This document shows, piece after piece, positions 30,265 to 40,948 of a DNA stretch of 64,000 bases (its first letter is position 1; every line of letters begins with the position of its first letter). The DNA comes from an uncultured cyanobacterium. GTDB taxonomy: Bacteria > Cyanobacteriota > Cyanobacteriia > Cyanobacteriales > CAWCAG01. A model generated the notes under the pieces. The model was not told the origin of the DNA. It did no database searches and saw nothing but the letters and a program-made list of their open reading frames with translations. The stretch spans positions 96,001 through 160,000 of the forward strand of contig CAWCAG010000005.1 of assembly GCA_963793425.1 (NCBI GenBank), given 5' to 3'. The position numbers and the translations under genes are program-made.

Positions 30265-30852
30265 CTAAATTTTCTTCTTGCCAATCAAATAAGCAGAGAC
30301 AACACCGCCTATAAAACCAAACAAATGTCCTTCCCAGGAAACGCGAGGATCAGTGGGCAATACTCCCCAAATCAAACCACCGTAGAGAACACCAACTGCG
30401 ATAGAAAGGACAATAGAAGGCAGATTCCGTTGAAAAAAGCCTCGTAGTAGCAGAAAACCTAAATAACCAAAAATTAAGCCACTAGCCCCCACATGAACCG
30501 AATCAGGAGAGCCAAACAACCAAGTCCCCAAACCACTAACTACCATCGTAATTAAAGTAACGAGGTGAAAATCGCTAGTTTCTTGTAACATCACCAACCA
30601 ACCTAAAGTAATGAAGGGTAATGTGTTAGCGATTAAATGTCCAAAGCCTCCGTGGAGAAACGGTGCGAATAAAATGCCCCGCAATCCAATCAGATTATGG
30701 GGAACGATGCCATATTGATCTAGTCCCATTCTTCGGTGGAAGAAAACAAAGTCAACAATTTCTAAAACCCAAAAAATCCCAACAAATACTCCCAAGATAA
30801 TTCCTTGGTTCGTTAATTCTTGGGCAATTCCTTTTTTCTCTTGCTTATTCAT
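30265..30852 (-). CDS. Rhomboid-family intramembrane serine protease
   Basis: PFLHGGFGHLIAN, GASG (Ser) and SWEGHLFG (His). Confidence 0.92.
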   Translation of the reverse strand: MNKQEKKGIAQELTNQGIILGVFVGIFWVLEIVDFVFFHRRMGLDQYGIVPHNLIGLRGILFAPFLHGGFGHLIANTLPFITLGWLVMLQETSDFHLVTLITMVVSGLGTWLFGSPDSVHVGASGLIFGYLGFLLLRGFFQRNLPSIVLSIAVGVLYGGLIWGVLPTDPRVSWEGHLFGFIGGVVSAYLIGKKKI

Positions 30853-31067
30853 GGTTAGTCTGATGGGGGAAACTGCATTTTGGCCCTACTTATCTAAGGT
30901 AGCAAAAACATGGGGTTTGCTAATTGCTAACTGCTAACTGCTAATGGTATGGAGTTTAGTCTTTCCCCCACACTTCTCTATCTCCCTAACTCCCCTTCTC
31001 TCCGTACAAACCTTGTTAAGCTAGAAGTTGCGCGATTGAGTACTTTGGTATAAAAGGAGCAAAAACA

Positions 31068-31814
31068 ATAAGTATAATAGCTTTGTGGCTAACGATAGCA
31101 AGTTTTGTGGGCTGGTTTGTTAGCACTTTAGCCGGGGGCGGTAGTTCCTTAATTTTACTACCCTTAATCAGTATTTTTCTGGGGACGGCTGCGGTTGCGC
31201 CAGTCATAACTACCGGAATGCTTTTCGGGAATGGTCAAAGAGTCATTTTGTATTGGCAAAATATTTGTTGGGAAATTACCAGATGGTATTTACCTGGTGC
31301 TATTTTTGGTGCTACTTTAGGGGCTTTTATTTTTACAAGAACAGAAATTACTTGGCTCAATCTTCTTCTCGCTATTTTTATCTTAGCTTCAGTTGTTGGT
31401 TATGGTTTCGGAGACAAAAATAAATCATTTACTGTTCGTACTTGGTATTTTCTACCGGGGGGATTTTTTTATGCTTTTCTTTCTGGTTTAATTGGCAGTG
31501 CAGGGCCTTTGTTAACCAGTTTTTATCTTAATTACGGCTTAAAAAAAGAAGAATTAATTGCTACAAAAGCAACTAATATTTTATTCGTACATATAATTAA
31601 AATCATTGCCTATTCTATGTTTGGAACTTGGCATTCATCTTATTTAATTTACGGTCTAGTAATTGGCATAGCGGCATTTCCAGGTAACTGGTTAGGGCGA
31701 ATCGCTTTGCAAAAAGTTAGCGAAAATCGCTTCAAGCAACTCGTTATTGTTTTTATCGCTTTCAGTGGAATGTTGATGTTGTGGCAACAGCGGCAGTTTT
31801 TGCTACTTTGGTAG
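31068..31814 (+). CDS. TauE/SafE family membrane exporter
   Basis: About eight TM helices with LAGGGSS and LSGLIGSAGP. Start uncertain: ATA at 31068 (with RBS) or TTG at 31083. Confidence 0.85.
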   Translation: MSIIALWLTIASFVGWFVSTLAGGGSSLILLPLISIFLGTAAVAPVITTGMLFGNGQRVILYWQNICWEITRWYLPGAIFGATLGAFIFTRTEITWLNLLLAIFILASVVGYGFGDKNKSFTVRTWYFLPGGFFYAFLSGLIGSAGPLLTSFYLNYGLKKEELIATKATNILFVHIIKIIAYSMFGTWHSSYLIYGLVIGIAAFPGNWLGRIALQKVSENRFKQLVIVFIAFSGMLMLWQQRQFLLLW

Positions 31815-31825
31815 TCTGACACTCC

Positions 31826-34800
31826 CTACCAAGGATTACCAACCATGGTGAAACTACTCCAATAGTAGGGATGAGTTAAATCTATATTGCCGTATTTACT
31901 CAACTCTCTAGGTAGTTCTATAACCGAACCGTTAGGAAAGATTAGTTGGTCATTTTCTACGCGAACTTTTCCTTCTAACATAGCTAGTTGAGCAGAACGT
32001 AGGGCCTCAACTTTAGCAGATTTTTGTTTCAAATCTTTGTAGAAAGCACCCATCAATCCTAAAGTACCTCGATCATCAACAGACCACAAACTTCCTAAGA
32101 CTGACTTAGCTCCAGATAATACTGCTAAACCAGCGAAACCTAATTCTGCTTCCCTACTACCCAAAGCGGTTTGACAAGCACTCAAAACCAATAATTCGAT
32201 TTGGGGGTCACTCCATCCGAGAGTTGGTAATTTGTCTAAGGTTAATTTATCATTCCATAAGTAAATGTAGGAATTAGCAGGTTTACCAGCTCTAAAGTTC
32301 GCATGGGTAGCTAGATGCAAAATCCCCGGCTTTTCCTGTTTACGAGTAGTTTTGAGATTGCTTAAGGTAAATTCTTCATTAAGGAAAGCCTTGCCTTTCC
32401 ATAATTTGTTGGTGATGGTAGATAGTTCGATTGGTACAGCGGGTAAGGGAGCTTGATTGGGGAATTCTTCTGCACCCATGGCTAGTATAGAAGTCTTTCT
32501 TATGTCTCTGTAGTTTGTTTCTGTGAGGGAGAAACTCGGCATGAGACTGACACTATATTTTTTGATAATAAAATCATTGCCATCATGGAGAGCTGCCATT
32601 GGTACAGAGCGTAAACCAGAGTCCATAATAAAAGCAAGATGATTGACCCCTTGTGCTTGCAATTTTTCTTCCACAGGAGCCAACAATATATCGTAAAGTT
32701 GTTGGGATGCTCCTATGTAAGCACTAGGTTTGCTCATATGGAGAATTTTGCGACGTAGTTTTTCAACTGTGTATAAAATATTCCGGCGAGTTAAGTCTGG
32801 CACTTGATGGCGAATTACTTCTCCATTTGGGGCGATCGCAACTATTTCCAGATAATCATCAGGGCTATGGTGTTCCTCGTTTGGTAATGATTCTTGGCTG
32901 AAAGGGTTCGCTTCTAAGGTGTCTAATTCCCAAATGCCTTCTGATCTTGAACCTTGATTAGTTTGTTCACCACTATTTTGGGGTTTAAAGAAAGCATATA
33001 TAATAGCAGTCCTAACCCCTGTCGCTTTTTCCATTTTCTCCAAGGTAGCTTGGGTTTCTTGGAGAGTGACAGTGCGAGTTGCACTTAAACCTAAGTGATC
33101 AGCAAATTCGTTGCTAAAGTTAGTTTCGACATTCTTGATTTCTTGGGTGGCTAGTTCTAAGGTTTTGGGGTTGTTGGTAGTAATGCTATAGTTGGTTGAG
33201 CTTTGTTCGGCTTCTTCTTCGTCTTCTGCAACTGGGGTTTCTTGTTCCTCTTCTTGGTCAATAAAAGTAATTGGCTCAGGACTAGTGAAACTAATTCGCC
33301 CTCCTACACCATTTCCTGATGAGTCAGCATTGATGTCTCCTGTGGTGATGGGGCCAGCAGCCTTGAGGGTGACATTGCCACCATTACCAGGGGAACTCGT
33401 ATCAATAGTCCCGGCTGCGGTATTGATGCTGCCGTTACTAATAAGATTGATGGCACGACCAGGATTAATAATATTCCCAGTGATTAAGTTTTGACCAGCT
33501 TCTAGGGTGATGGTGGCGTTGTCTTCTCCTCGTAATGTTGCTCTAGTGGTGTCAATGGAGCCTAGGGGCGATCGCCAAGTTACCGGATCAAGGAAACTGA
33601 CATCACTGGAGAGAGTAATGCTACCACTGCTGTTGTCTCTACCAATGGTGATGGAGTTGAAACCGTTTTCTAAGGCATTGACTTCTGAAAGGAGGAGATC
33701 CAGGCTGCCTGTACCATCATCGCCATAACCCCCAAGAGTGATGTTTTGGCTAGGGGTATAGGGCTGCAAAAGTAAGTTTCCTGTACCAGAAACAGCATTG
33801 CTAAAGTTAAGTTCATCTCCTGTTAAGGCAACATCCCCTAAAATAATCAGGTTGTTACCATAACTTTGCCCTGCAATCCCTGTGGTGGTAACATCCCCCC
33901 CAACTTGGGTTGTGCCACCACCGTTACTGGTTAAGCTGGAAGCATTAAACAAACTCACTAAGTTGGTTGTTCCCCCACTACTCAGGAAAACATCTCCTAA
34001 TGGGGCTGTGTTTCCTACTGTACCCGTAAAGGTGATATTCCCTGTACCCGTAGTGATGGTAAAGGTGTTAGCACTTCCGCCGCTATTTGTAGTTTGGTTA
34101 AAAGTAACATTCCCCCCGCCAGTACCCCCTGTTGTGAGGATTGTTAAAGCGGGGTTGACAACAATGGCATCTCCAGAAAAGCTGACTTCGCCAGCATTCT
34201 GAGCATTACTAGAAGTGTTGATATTACCTGATAGTTGGGATTGACCTTGAGAAGCACTAATATTAACGTTACCACCGCTGCTATTAGGTGCTTGGCTAGA
34301 AGTATTAAGAGAAGCGACATTAACGTTGCCATTGGTGGCGGTGATGTTGATTTTTCCACCATTACTTAAGCTACTACTAGTATTGAGATTACCCACTGTC
34401 GCCTCTGCACCAGAAATAGTAATATCTCTACCTGGGGCCGTGATTCCTTGGTTGAGATCCATAATAAAAGAGCCAACTTGGTTCCCATCAGCATCAGCAG
34501 TAAAGGTGATGCTGCCTTCATTACCTGAAAAGTTTAAGGATAAACCGGGATCAATAATAATATCTCTGCTTGCTTCAAGAATTAAATTACCTCTTAATCC
34601 TTGTAAGGTATCTTCAGTCGTGGTGTAACCAGGGGCAAGGGCATTGTTAGAAAGGAGAGAAGCATCAAAGGGCGTTCCAGCCCCAGCACTAATTTGAAAG
34701 TCTTCTGGATCTAAAAGAATTGTACCTATTTCCCCATTGGTAGCATTGGTATCAATATCACCCAGAAAAAAGAGATTCTGTTTTCCAGAAACTTCGACAA

Positions 34801-36046
34801 AGCCCCCGCTACCCCCATTGTTCCCTGCTAGAGTGTTGACGGTTCCAGAGAAAGTGGTAGTATCTGTGGCCCAAAAGATGATTTTACCACCGTTACCTAT
34901 TCCTCCTGTACCAGAGAGGGTATTGGCTTGGAAAAGAGAGTCGCCACTAACATAAATGCGTTTAGCTTGCGGTAAGTTGCCTTGTCCTCTAGTATCTCCC
35001 CCAACTAAAATTTGACCTCCACCTCCATCCCCAGAGGCGTTAAGGTTGCTATGGAAAATACCTATTTGATCTCCTAAAATAGTAATGTTTCCCGCTGCTG
35101 TACCGGAAGCATTAAGATCGCCGGAGATGATGGTTGTACCGGGATCTGTAGGTATGGTTGTACCGGAAAAAGTTAACTCAACTACGCTGCCATTAGCTGT
35201 TAATCCTGTATCCACCCCTCCTGCCCCCGTTAACAAAGCGGGTATATCTAGAGGCGTAATTGGTAAAACCTGACCATGATTATTTCTAGGGGGTTGAATT
35301 TCTAGACTAAGTATTTGCCCTGGTTGAGAAATTGTAATTGTGCTGCTGTTAGGGACAGAGGTGATTAAAATCTCTCCTCCTGGAGTGTTGATATTGCCTG
35401 TGTTAATAACACTAGAGCCTAAGAGAATTAAGTCTTTCCCCGGTGCTAAACTTAAGTTTCCGGCATTGATAATTGCCCCTGAATTAGCAAAATCAAAGGC
35501 AAATTGAGTAGGATTGCCCGCTAAATCACCATAAGTATTATTACCAAAAGCTTCAAACCACTTATCGCCACTAAAGCCTATACCTGTGGCAGTAGTAGCG
35601 GTAAAATCTCCACCAACATTTAATTGCGAACCGGCTCCAAAAACAATGCCTGCCGGATTCATCAAGAATAAATTCGCATTACTACCACTTACTTGGATTA
35701 ACCCATTAATAATGGAAGCATCGCCCCCCACAATTCGGCTTAAAATGTTGCTAATACTAGGATCAGCAAGAAAGTTAGCAATTTGACTAGAGCTTAAACC
35801 AAATTGTTGAAAACTGTGAAATAAGTTACTTCCATCTAGAGAACGAGAGCCACCAACTATCTGGAATTCATTGCCCGCAGGGATAACTATTGTCCCTGTC
35901 CCATCAATTGCTGGTGTGACTGATTGCCCCCAACTAGGGCTGTGACTACCTAAAGCTAAACTAATTAGAATTGCTTTAGTACAAAACCCTATTTTTATTA
36001 AGTGATTTTTGATTTTTAGGGGGCCTTTCATGGATAGATCGCCCAA
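31826..36046 (-). CDS. Filamentous-haemagglutinin N-terminal/beta-helix protein with a C-terminal CHAT domain
   Basis: NLFHSFQQFGL and FLMNPAGIVFG (TPS-like domain), Gly/Asn/Thr-rich repeats and an acidic linker. CHAT dyad motifs LHLATHA and LVLSACQTA, ending HPYYWSSF. Confidence 0.9.
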   Translation of the reverse strand: MGDLSMKGPLKIKNHLIKIGFCTKAILISLALGSHSPSWGQSVTPAIDGTGTIVIPAGNEFQIVGGSRSLDGSNLFHSFQQFGLSSSQIANFLADPSISNILSRIVGGDASIINGLIQVSGSNANLFLMNPAGIVFGAGSQLNVGGDFTATTATGIGFSGDKWFEAFGNNTYGDLAGNPTQFAFDFANSGAIINAGNLSLAPGKDLILLGSSVINTGNINTPGGEILITSVPNSSTITISQPGQILSLEIQPPRNNHGQVLPITPLDIPALLTGAGGVDTGLTANGSVVELTFSGTTIPTDPGTTIISGDLNASGTAAGNITILGDQIGIFHSNLNASGDGGGGQILVGGDTRGQGNLPQAKRIYVSGDSLFQANTLSGTGGIGNGGKIIFWATDTTTFSGTVNTLAGNNGGSGGFVEVSGKQNLFFLGDIDTNATNGEIGTILLDPEDFQISAGAGTPFDASLLSNNALAPGYTTTEDTLQGLRGNLILEASRDIIIDPGLSLNFSGNEGSITFTADADGNQVGSFIMDLNQGITAPGRDITISGAEATVGNLNTSSSLSNGGKINITATNGNVNVASLNTSSQAPNSSGGNVNISASQGQSQLSGNINTSSNAQNAGEVSFSGDAIVVNPALTILTTGGTGGGNVTFNQTTNSGGSANTFTITTGTGNITFTGTVGNTAPLGDVFLSSGGTTNLVSLFNASSLTSNGGGTTQVGGDVTTTGIAGQSYGNNLIILGDVALTGDELNFSNAVSGTGNLLLQPYTPSQNITLGGYGDDGTGSLDLLLSEVNALENGFNSITIGRDNSSGSITLSSDVSFLDPVTWRSPLGSIDTTRATLRGEDNATITLEAGQNLITGNIINPGRAINLISNGSINTAAGTIDTSSPGNGGNVTLKAAGPITTGDINADSSGNGVGGRISFTSPEPITFIDQEEEQETPVAEDEEEAEQSSTNYSITTNNPKTLELATQEIKNVETNFSNEFADHLGLSATRTVTLQETQATLEKMEKATGVRTAIIYAFFKPQNSGEQTNQGSRSEGIWELDTLEANPFSQESLPNEEHHSPDDYLEIVAIAPNGEVIRHQVPDLTRRNILYTVEKLRRKILHMSKPSAYIGASQQLYDILLAPVEEKLQAQGVNHLAFIMDSGLRSVPMAALHDGNDFIIKKYSVSLMPSFSLTETNYRDIRKTSILAMGAEEFPNQAPLPAVPIELSTITNKLWKGKAFLNEEFTLSNLKTTRKQEKPGILHLATHANFRAGKPANSYIYLWNDKLTLDKLPTLGWSDPQIELLVLSACQTALGSREAELGFAGLAVLSGAKSVLGSLWSVDDRGTLGLMGAFYKDLKQKSAKVEALRSAQLAMLEGKVRVENDQLIFPNGSVIELPRELSKYGNIDLTHPYYWSSFTMVGNPW

Positions 36047-36356
36047 TTTTCTTTAAGGGGTTAATTGTGACAGAATTACGCTAACTCAAGCTTAATTGAT
36101 TGACATACCAAAGAAGGAATATATTTTCTACTTAAGAAAATATATAAGTACATACAAAGGTAGACTTTCTTGTACTTAAGTAATTTTGCTCATTCAAAGT
36201 TTTGTCTCATCTATTTTGAAGAATTGCAATTCCACCATCTCATATTCTACAAGGAGAAATAAATTAAACCAGGGCGATATTGCTAAACATTCAGCTTTAA
36301 GCTTTCTTTATTTTAAGTGCTTTAAACTAATTTGGTAGTAAAAATATTATTTTTTT

Positions 36357-36400
36357 TGTATCTGGATATACATAAACTGTAGAGATATTACTTATAACAT
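36357..36400 (+). promoter_or_regulatory. Candidate NtcA-activated promoter
   Basis: TGTA-TCTGGATA-TACA at 36357-36372, then TAACAT (TAN3T) at 36395-36400, 23 nt after the TAC. Confidence 0.45.
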
Positions 36401-36620
36401 CTATGGAAAGGCAAAACTTCCTAGCTACTTTCCCGTTAGGCAGCACTTAATAAGTAGAACTTGGCAATCTGATAAGAATTTCTGCTCTAGAAGTTACTTT
36501 CTTAACATTGAATTCAGTGTTAACATTTATTCATAGACTTAAATGAATAAAAAAACTTTTTACATAGATTTGAGTCAATAACAACTGCATCACTATATAT
36601 TTAGATTGTCATCTACTTTT

Positions 36621-36827
36621 ATGAACTACCTCATTTTCTATACCATCGGCATCAGTTCGATTTTGACAGGTGTTAGAACAAATGACGAAATTCACCGTTT
36701 AGCCTTAGTCTCAGCGGGTTTAATTGGCTTAAGTTGGGGATATTTTTCTAGCCCTGTACTACTTCAAGGGTTGGGTACAGTTTTGCTACTCGGTTTGTAT
36801 AAGCTTTATTTTGCCCATAAGGGTTAG
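36621..36827 (+). CDS. Small membrane protein
   Basis: 68 aa from ATG at 36621, two to three hydrophobic segments around DEIHRLA. Confidence 0.6.
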   Translation: MNYLIFYTIGISSILTGVRTNDEIHRLALVSAGLIGLSWGYFSSPVLLQGLGTVLLLGLYKLYFAHKG

Positions 36828-36886
36828 CCTTCTACATCAATCCATCTGTAAACCTTTTAATAAATTAGCCAAAAGAAATTATTACC

Positions 36887-38290
36887 ATGTTTCCTTACCT
36901 AAACAATATCGATATTTGGGGGCTAACCTCAAATGCTCCTCTGCTAGCAACAGCAAATCCAGAACAAGGATCTTTTGTCCTCGCTGGGGTTTTACTCAGC
37001 TTAGTTGTGGTTTATGTAGCGAGTAAATTAGGAGGAGAGCTATCTAAGTCTGTGGACTTACCCCCTGTTTTAGGTGAATTAGTTGGGGGTGTTGTGGTTG
37101 GGGTTTCGGCTTTGCATTTGTTGGTTTTTCCGGAAGGAGGAGCGCAAGCTGCTGATTCCTTATTAATGACAATTTTACAGTTTATCGGTAACTTAAGCCC
37201 CGAAGCAGCACAGGAAGTTTTTGCGACCCAAAGTGAAGTTATTTCTGTTTTAGCAGAATTAGGGGTAATAATCCTCTTATTTGAAATTGGTTTAGAGTCC
37301 GACTTAAGGGAGTTACAAAAAGTTGGCTACCAAGCGGCTGTGGTGGCTGTGGTAGGTGTGGCGGCTCCTTTTTTAGCTGGTACAGCAGGATTAATGTTCT
37401 TTTTTGGTACACCTGTAATTCCGGCAATTTTTGCTGGGGCGGCTTTGACGGCTACTAGTATTGGTATTACTTCTAAAGTACTTTCAGAAATAGGACATCT
37501 TAAATCTAAAGAAGGGCAAATCATTGTTGGTGCAGCGGTTATTGATGATGTCTTAGGTATTATTGTTTTGGCGGTTGTAGCAAGTTTAGCTAAAACAGGA
37601 GAAGTAGATATTACTAATGTTATCTATTTAATCATCAGTGCCACAGCTTTCCTCCTGGGTGCTATTTTCTTAGGTAAGTTCTTCAACAGCAGTTTTGTTG
37701 CTATAGGTGAAAAGCTACAAACGAGGGGCAACCTAGTTATTCCGGCTATCACCTTTGCTTTCTTGATGGCTTTTCTCGCTAATGCAATTCACCTAGAAGC
37801 AATCCTGGGTGCTTTTGCCGCAGGTTTAGTTCTTGATGAAACTGACAAGCGTAAAGAGTTAGATCAACAAATAATGCCTATTGCCGATATTTTAGTACCG
37901 ATTTTCTTTGTAACCGTGGGTGCTAAAGCAGATTTAGGGGTTCTCAATCCTGCTGTCCCTGCAAACCGAGAAGGGCTAGTTATTGCCGCATTTTTAATTG
38001 TGGTAGCCATTTTTGGCAAAATTATCACCGGTTGGACAGTATTTGGTAAGGAGAAACTCAACCGCTTAGCCATTGGAGTAGGCATGATTCCCCGTGGAGA
38101 AGTGGGGCTAGTATTTGCCGGAATTGGTTCAGCTAGTGGTGTTTTGAGCAAACCTTTAGAAGCGGCGATTATTACTATGGTAATTTTAACAACTTTTATC
38201 GCCCCACCTTTTTTAAGGTTAGCATTTGGTGATCAAGAAGTAGATGATGTAGAAGAATCAGCAACTGAAGCGGCTGATGTTAAAGCCTAA
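36887..38290 (+). CDS. nhaS3: Na+/H+ antiporter (CPA2 family, NhaS3-like)
   Basis: PPVLGELVGG, LFEIGLES, ATSIGIT, GAAVIDDVLG and GMIPRGEVG. Confidence 0.88.
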   Translation: MFPYLNNIDIWGLTSNAPLLATANPEQGSFVLAGVLLSLVVVYVASKLGGELSKSVDLPPVLGELVGGVVVGVSALHLLVFPEGGAQAADSLLMTILQFIGNLSPEAAQEVFATQSEVISVLAELGVIILLFEIGLESDLRELQKVGYQAAVVAVVGVAAPFLAGTAGLMFFFGTPVIPAIFAGAALTATSIGITSKVLSEIGHLKSKEGQIIVGAAVIDDVLGIIVLAVVASLAKTGEVDITNVIYLIISATAFLLGAIFLGKFFNSSFVAIGEKLQTRGNLVIPAITFAFLMAFLANAIHLEAILGAFAAGLVLDETDKRKELDQQIMPIADILVPIFFVTVGAKADLGVLNPAVPANREGLVIAAFLIVVAIFGKIITGWTVFGKEKLNRLAIGVGMIPRGEVGLVFAGIGSASGVLSKPLEAAIITMVILTTFIAPPFLRLAFGDQEVDDVEESATEAADVKA

Positions 38291-38358
38291 AGAGATTGAT
38301 AATTACTGGTAACACTTAGGTGATACTAGAACTAATTGAATCGTATCTCAAAATGCTG

Positions 38359-38392
38359 ATGGGTGGAAAGTTTGATGCTTCCACCCATTTTG
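38359..38392 (+). terminator. Intrinsic terminator after nhaS3
   Basis: 10-bp stem ATGGGTGGAA / TTCCACCCAT followed by TTT. Confidence 0.6.
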
Positions 38393-38565
38393 CTATATTG
38401 CTCACGACTTGGAAGCCTACAGAATGAGAAGTTGAGCTATTTTCCTTCAACATAAAGTAGACGCAGCACTAGTCTCAATTTTCATATGAGTTTAGTCATA
38501 ATTGCCCCAAGAGAGTTATAGATGAATAATGAATGCAATAGATTACTATTCATTTTTGAATTGCC

Positions 38566-38620
38566 ATGTTAAAAACCCAGCATCAGTTCCCCCCAGGGCC
38601 ACAGGGATACTTGCTATGGC
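38566..38620 (+). pseudogene. Probable 5' stub of a cytochrome P450 gene
   Basis: ATG at 38566 gives MLKTQHQFPPGPQGYLL; PPGPxG is typical of P450 N-termini. P450 3' fragments resume at about 43292 on the same strand. Confidence 0.5.
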
Positions 38621-38717
38621 TCAGAATATTGATTCATGGGGTTTTTGATTGGATACACTCAATTCTGATGAAACCCCATCTTGCTCTTCTTTTCAACCCT
38701 TTTGTCCTGTACTTAGG
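38621..38717 (+). mobile_element. Degenerate IS4-family 3' end remnant
   Basis: CTTTTGTCCTGTACTTAGG (38699-38717) is a perfect 19-bp inverted match to 43027-43045. It is preceded by a GVFDWIHSIL segment resembling the transposase tail. Confidence 0.7.
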
Positions 38718-38956
38718 TCAACAAGTGGTACTTTAGGACTATTAATTTTGGGAAAATAGTACCATGCTACTCCTTAGCAAAATCGCTTAATCTGTAAACA
38801 GGCAATCTTCAGGGACACAAATGTAAGCAATACTTAGACTATTTGTAGCAACTTTTGCTCTCGTCTTAAAGCTTGATTTAGCAACGATATAGATTTTGCG
38901 ACAAGACAAGGGAAAAATATTTAAACGAAGTGATTTGAGGGTTGAGTCAATAGGTT

Positions 38957-40888
38957 ATGGCAAATACTGTTTGTAAAAGTTGGTATCAAACTAATTTAGA
39001 AATCATTCAACAAGAAGTTGAGCGAATTCAGCAGCTTTTGGCAGCTTTTGTAAAAGGTGAAAAAACCGCAACTATCCCACCTCTTGCTATTCCAGAAACT
39101 TCAGCCCTGGGGCAACTCAGCTTCAAGCTGAACCTTTCTTCCTTTGAGCAGACCATTCTCTTACTCTGTGTGGGTATGGAAATTGACCCTTACTTCGCTA
39201 CCTTATGTGCCAAAGCTCAGGGCAACAGTCAACAAAACTTTCCCACATTTGGTTTAGCTCTATCTGTATTTCCTGATGCCAACTGGTCAGTCCTTTCTAC
39301 TCGAAGCTCTCTGCAACACTGGCAACTAGTCGAATTTGCCCCCGGTTTTTCCCTGACTCAAACAGCACTAAGAATAGACAAGCGCATCCTCTGTTATATA
39401 TTGGGAGAAACTTCTCAAGACGAAGCACTAGAAGGGATCGTTACCTTTCCCGATCAACAAATTCCTCTTACTCCTCTACCTCCCTCCCAACAAAACCTCA
39501 CCTCGCAACTAATTGCCACTTGGTCACAAGCTCAAGGTCGATTACCTTTATTGCAATTATGCGGTGCAGATTGGACAAGTAAAGTGCAGATTGCTGAGCA
39601 ACTTTGTCAACGTCTCAACCTCAATTTAGGCATCATCTCCCCTACTGTTCTTCCTAACAACCCCAAAGCAATACATCAACTGCAACGCCGATGGGAAAGA
39701 GAAGCCATCTTAAGTAATCTCGTACTATTGCTGCACTGCGACCAGATCTCATCAAGCGATCCCCTTGTCAATAAATCTATTTCTCTCTTTGTCGAAAACT
39801 TACATACCCCAATAATTGTTAGTACTTCTGAGCGCTTACAAACCCAGCAACGTCCTGTAGCCACCTTTGATGTTACTCCCCCTAGTTTTAGTGAACGAAA
39901 ACAAATTTGGCAGAGTCATCTCGGTACATTAGGTGAAGAGCTTAATGGCTCGGTAGACAAATTAGTTACCCAATTCAATCTTTCTCCCCAGCAGATTCGC
40001 TCTGCTTGTTTGCAAATCAACACCCCAGAACAAGGGAAAGCGACTCTAGAAAGCCATTTATGGGAGTTATGCCGTACCCAAGCCAGACCACGCCTCCAAG
40101 AGTTAGCCCAGCATATTGACACCAAAGCTAGTTGGGACGATTTAGTCTTAGCAGATAAACAGAAAGAAATCTTACAGGAGATACAGAGCCATCTGCGGCA
40201 ACGCAGTAAAGTGTATGAACAGTGGGGTTTTGCAGATAAGGAAAAAAGAGGATTAGGGCTGTGCGCCTTGTTTGCTGGAGAAAGCGGTACAGGTAAAACC
40301 ATGGCTGCCGGGGTCTTGGCTAAAACCTTAAACCTAGACTTATTCCGCATTGATTTGAGTGCTGTAGTTAGTAAGTATATTGGCGAAACGGAGAAAAACC
40401 TACGGCAGATTTTTGATGCGGCTGAGACAGGAGGAGCAATATTGCTTTTTGATGAGGCAGATGCCATTTTTGGCAAGCGCACTGAAGTCAAAAGTAGTCA
40501 TGATCGTCATGCTAATGTGGAGGTAAGTTATTTACTACAACGTCTTGAAGCTTACCAAGGGTTAGCTATTTTAACCTCTAATTTACCTGACTCCCTTGAT
40601 CAGGCTTTTCTAAGACGAATACGCTTCATTATCTCTTTCCCTTTCCCTAACCGCGATGCCAGAACAGAAATTTGGCGAAGAGTATTTCCCCCCCAAACTC
40701 CTACAGAAGGACTCGATTTTCTTAAATTAAGCCAATTAAGTATCACTGGGGGCTATATTCGTACTATCGCTCTTAATGCTGCTATGTTAGCGGCAGATGC
40801 AGATAAACCAGTGAAAATGGAACATATTATCCACGCTACCAAGAATGAGTATGCCAAGATGGGTCGCCCCTTAACAGCAGATTTCTAG
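38957..40888 (+). CDS. AAA+ ATPase of the contractile injection system type (Afp15/Pvc15-like)
   Basis: N-terminal LSSFEQTILLLC...PTFGLAL domain and a degenerate first AAA module. Second module has GESGTGKT, VVSKYIGETEKNL, LLFDEADAIFGKR, DRHAN and AFLRR. Confidence 0.88.
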   Translation: MANTVCKSWYQTNLEIIQQEVERIQQLLAAFVKGEKTATIPPLAIPETSALGQLSFKLNLSSFEQTILLLCVGMEIDPYFATLCAKAQGNSQQNFPTFGLALSVFPDANWSVLSTRSSLQHWQLVEFAPGFSLTQTALRIDKRILCYILGETSQDEALEGIVTFPDQQIPLTPLPPSQQNLTSQLIATWSQAQGRLPLLQLCGADWTSKVQIAEQLCQRLNLNLGIISPTVLPNNPKAIHQLQRRWEREAILSNLVLLLHCDQISSSDPLVNKSISLFVENLHTPIIVSTSERLQTQQRPVATFDVTPPSFSERKQIWQSHLGTLGEELNGSVDKLVTQFNLSPQQIRSACLQINTPEQGKATLESHLWELCRTQARPRLQELAQHIDTKASWDDLVLADKQKEILQEIQSHLRQRSKVYEQWGFADKEKRGLGLCALFAGESGTGKTMAAGVLAKTLNLDLFRIDLSAVVSKYIGETEKNLRQIFDAAETGGAILLFDEADAIFGKRTEVKSSHDRHANVEVSYLLQRLEAYQGLAILTSNLPDSLDQAFLRRIRFIISFPFPNRDARTEIWRRVFPPQTPTEGLDFLKLSQLSITGGYIRTIALNAAMLAADADKPVKMEHIIHATKNEYAKMGRPLTADF

Positions 40889-40948
40889 CTTCAATAGCGG
40901 CTCATACTAAGGTTACTAAATTATAAAATAAAAAAAGGTCTTTCAATC

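Noticed and set aside
39916..40491. 191-aa antisense ORF, and the other short ORFs overlapping glgP, mutS2, nhaS3, the haemagglutinin gene and others
   Set aside because: Shadow frames of well-supported genes with no independent motifs.
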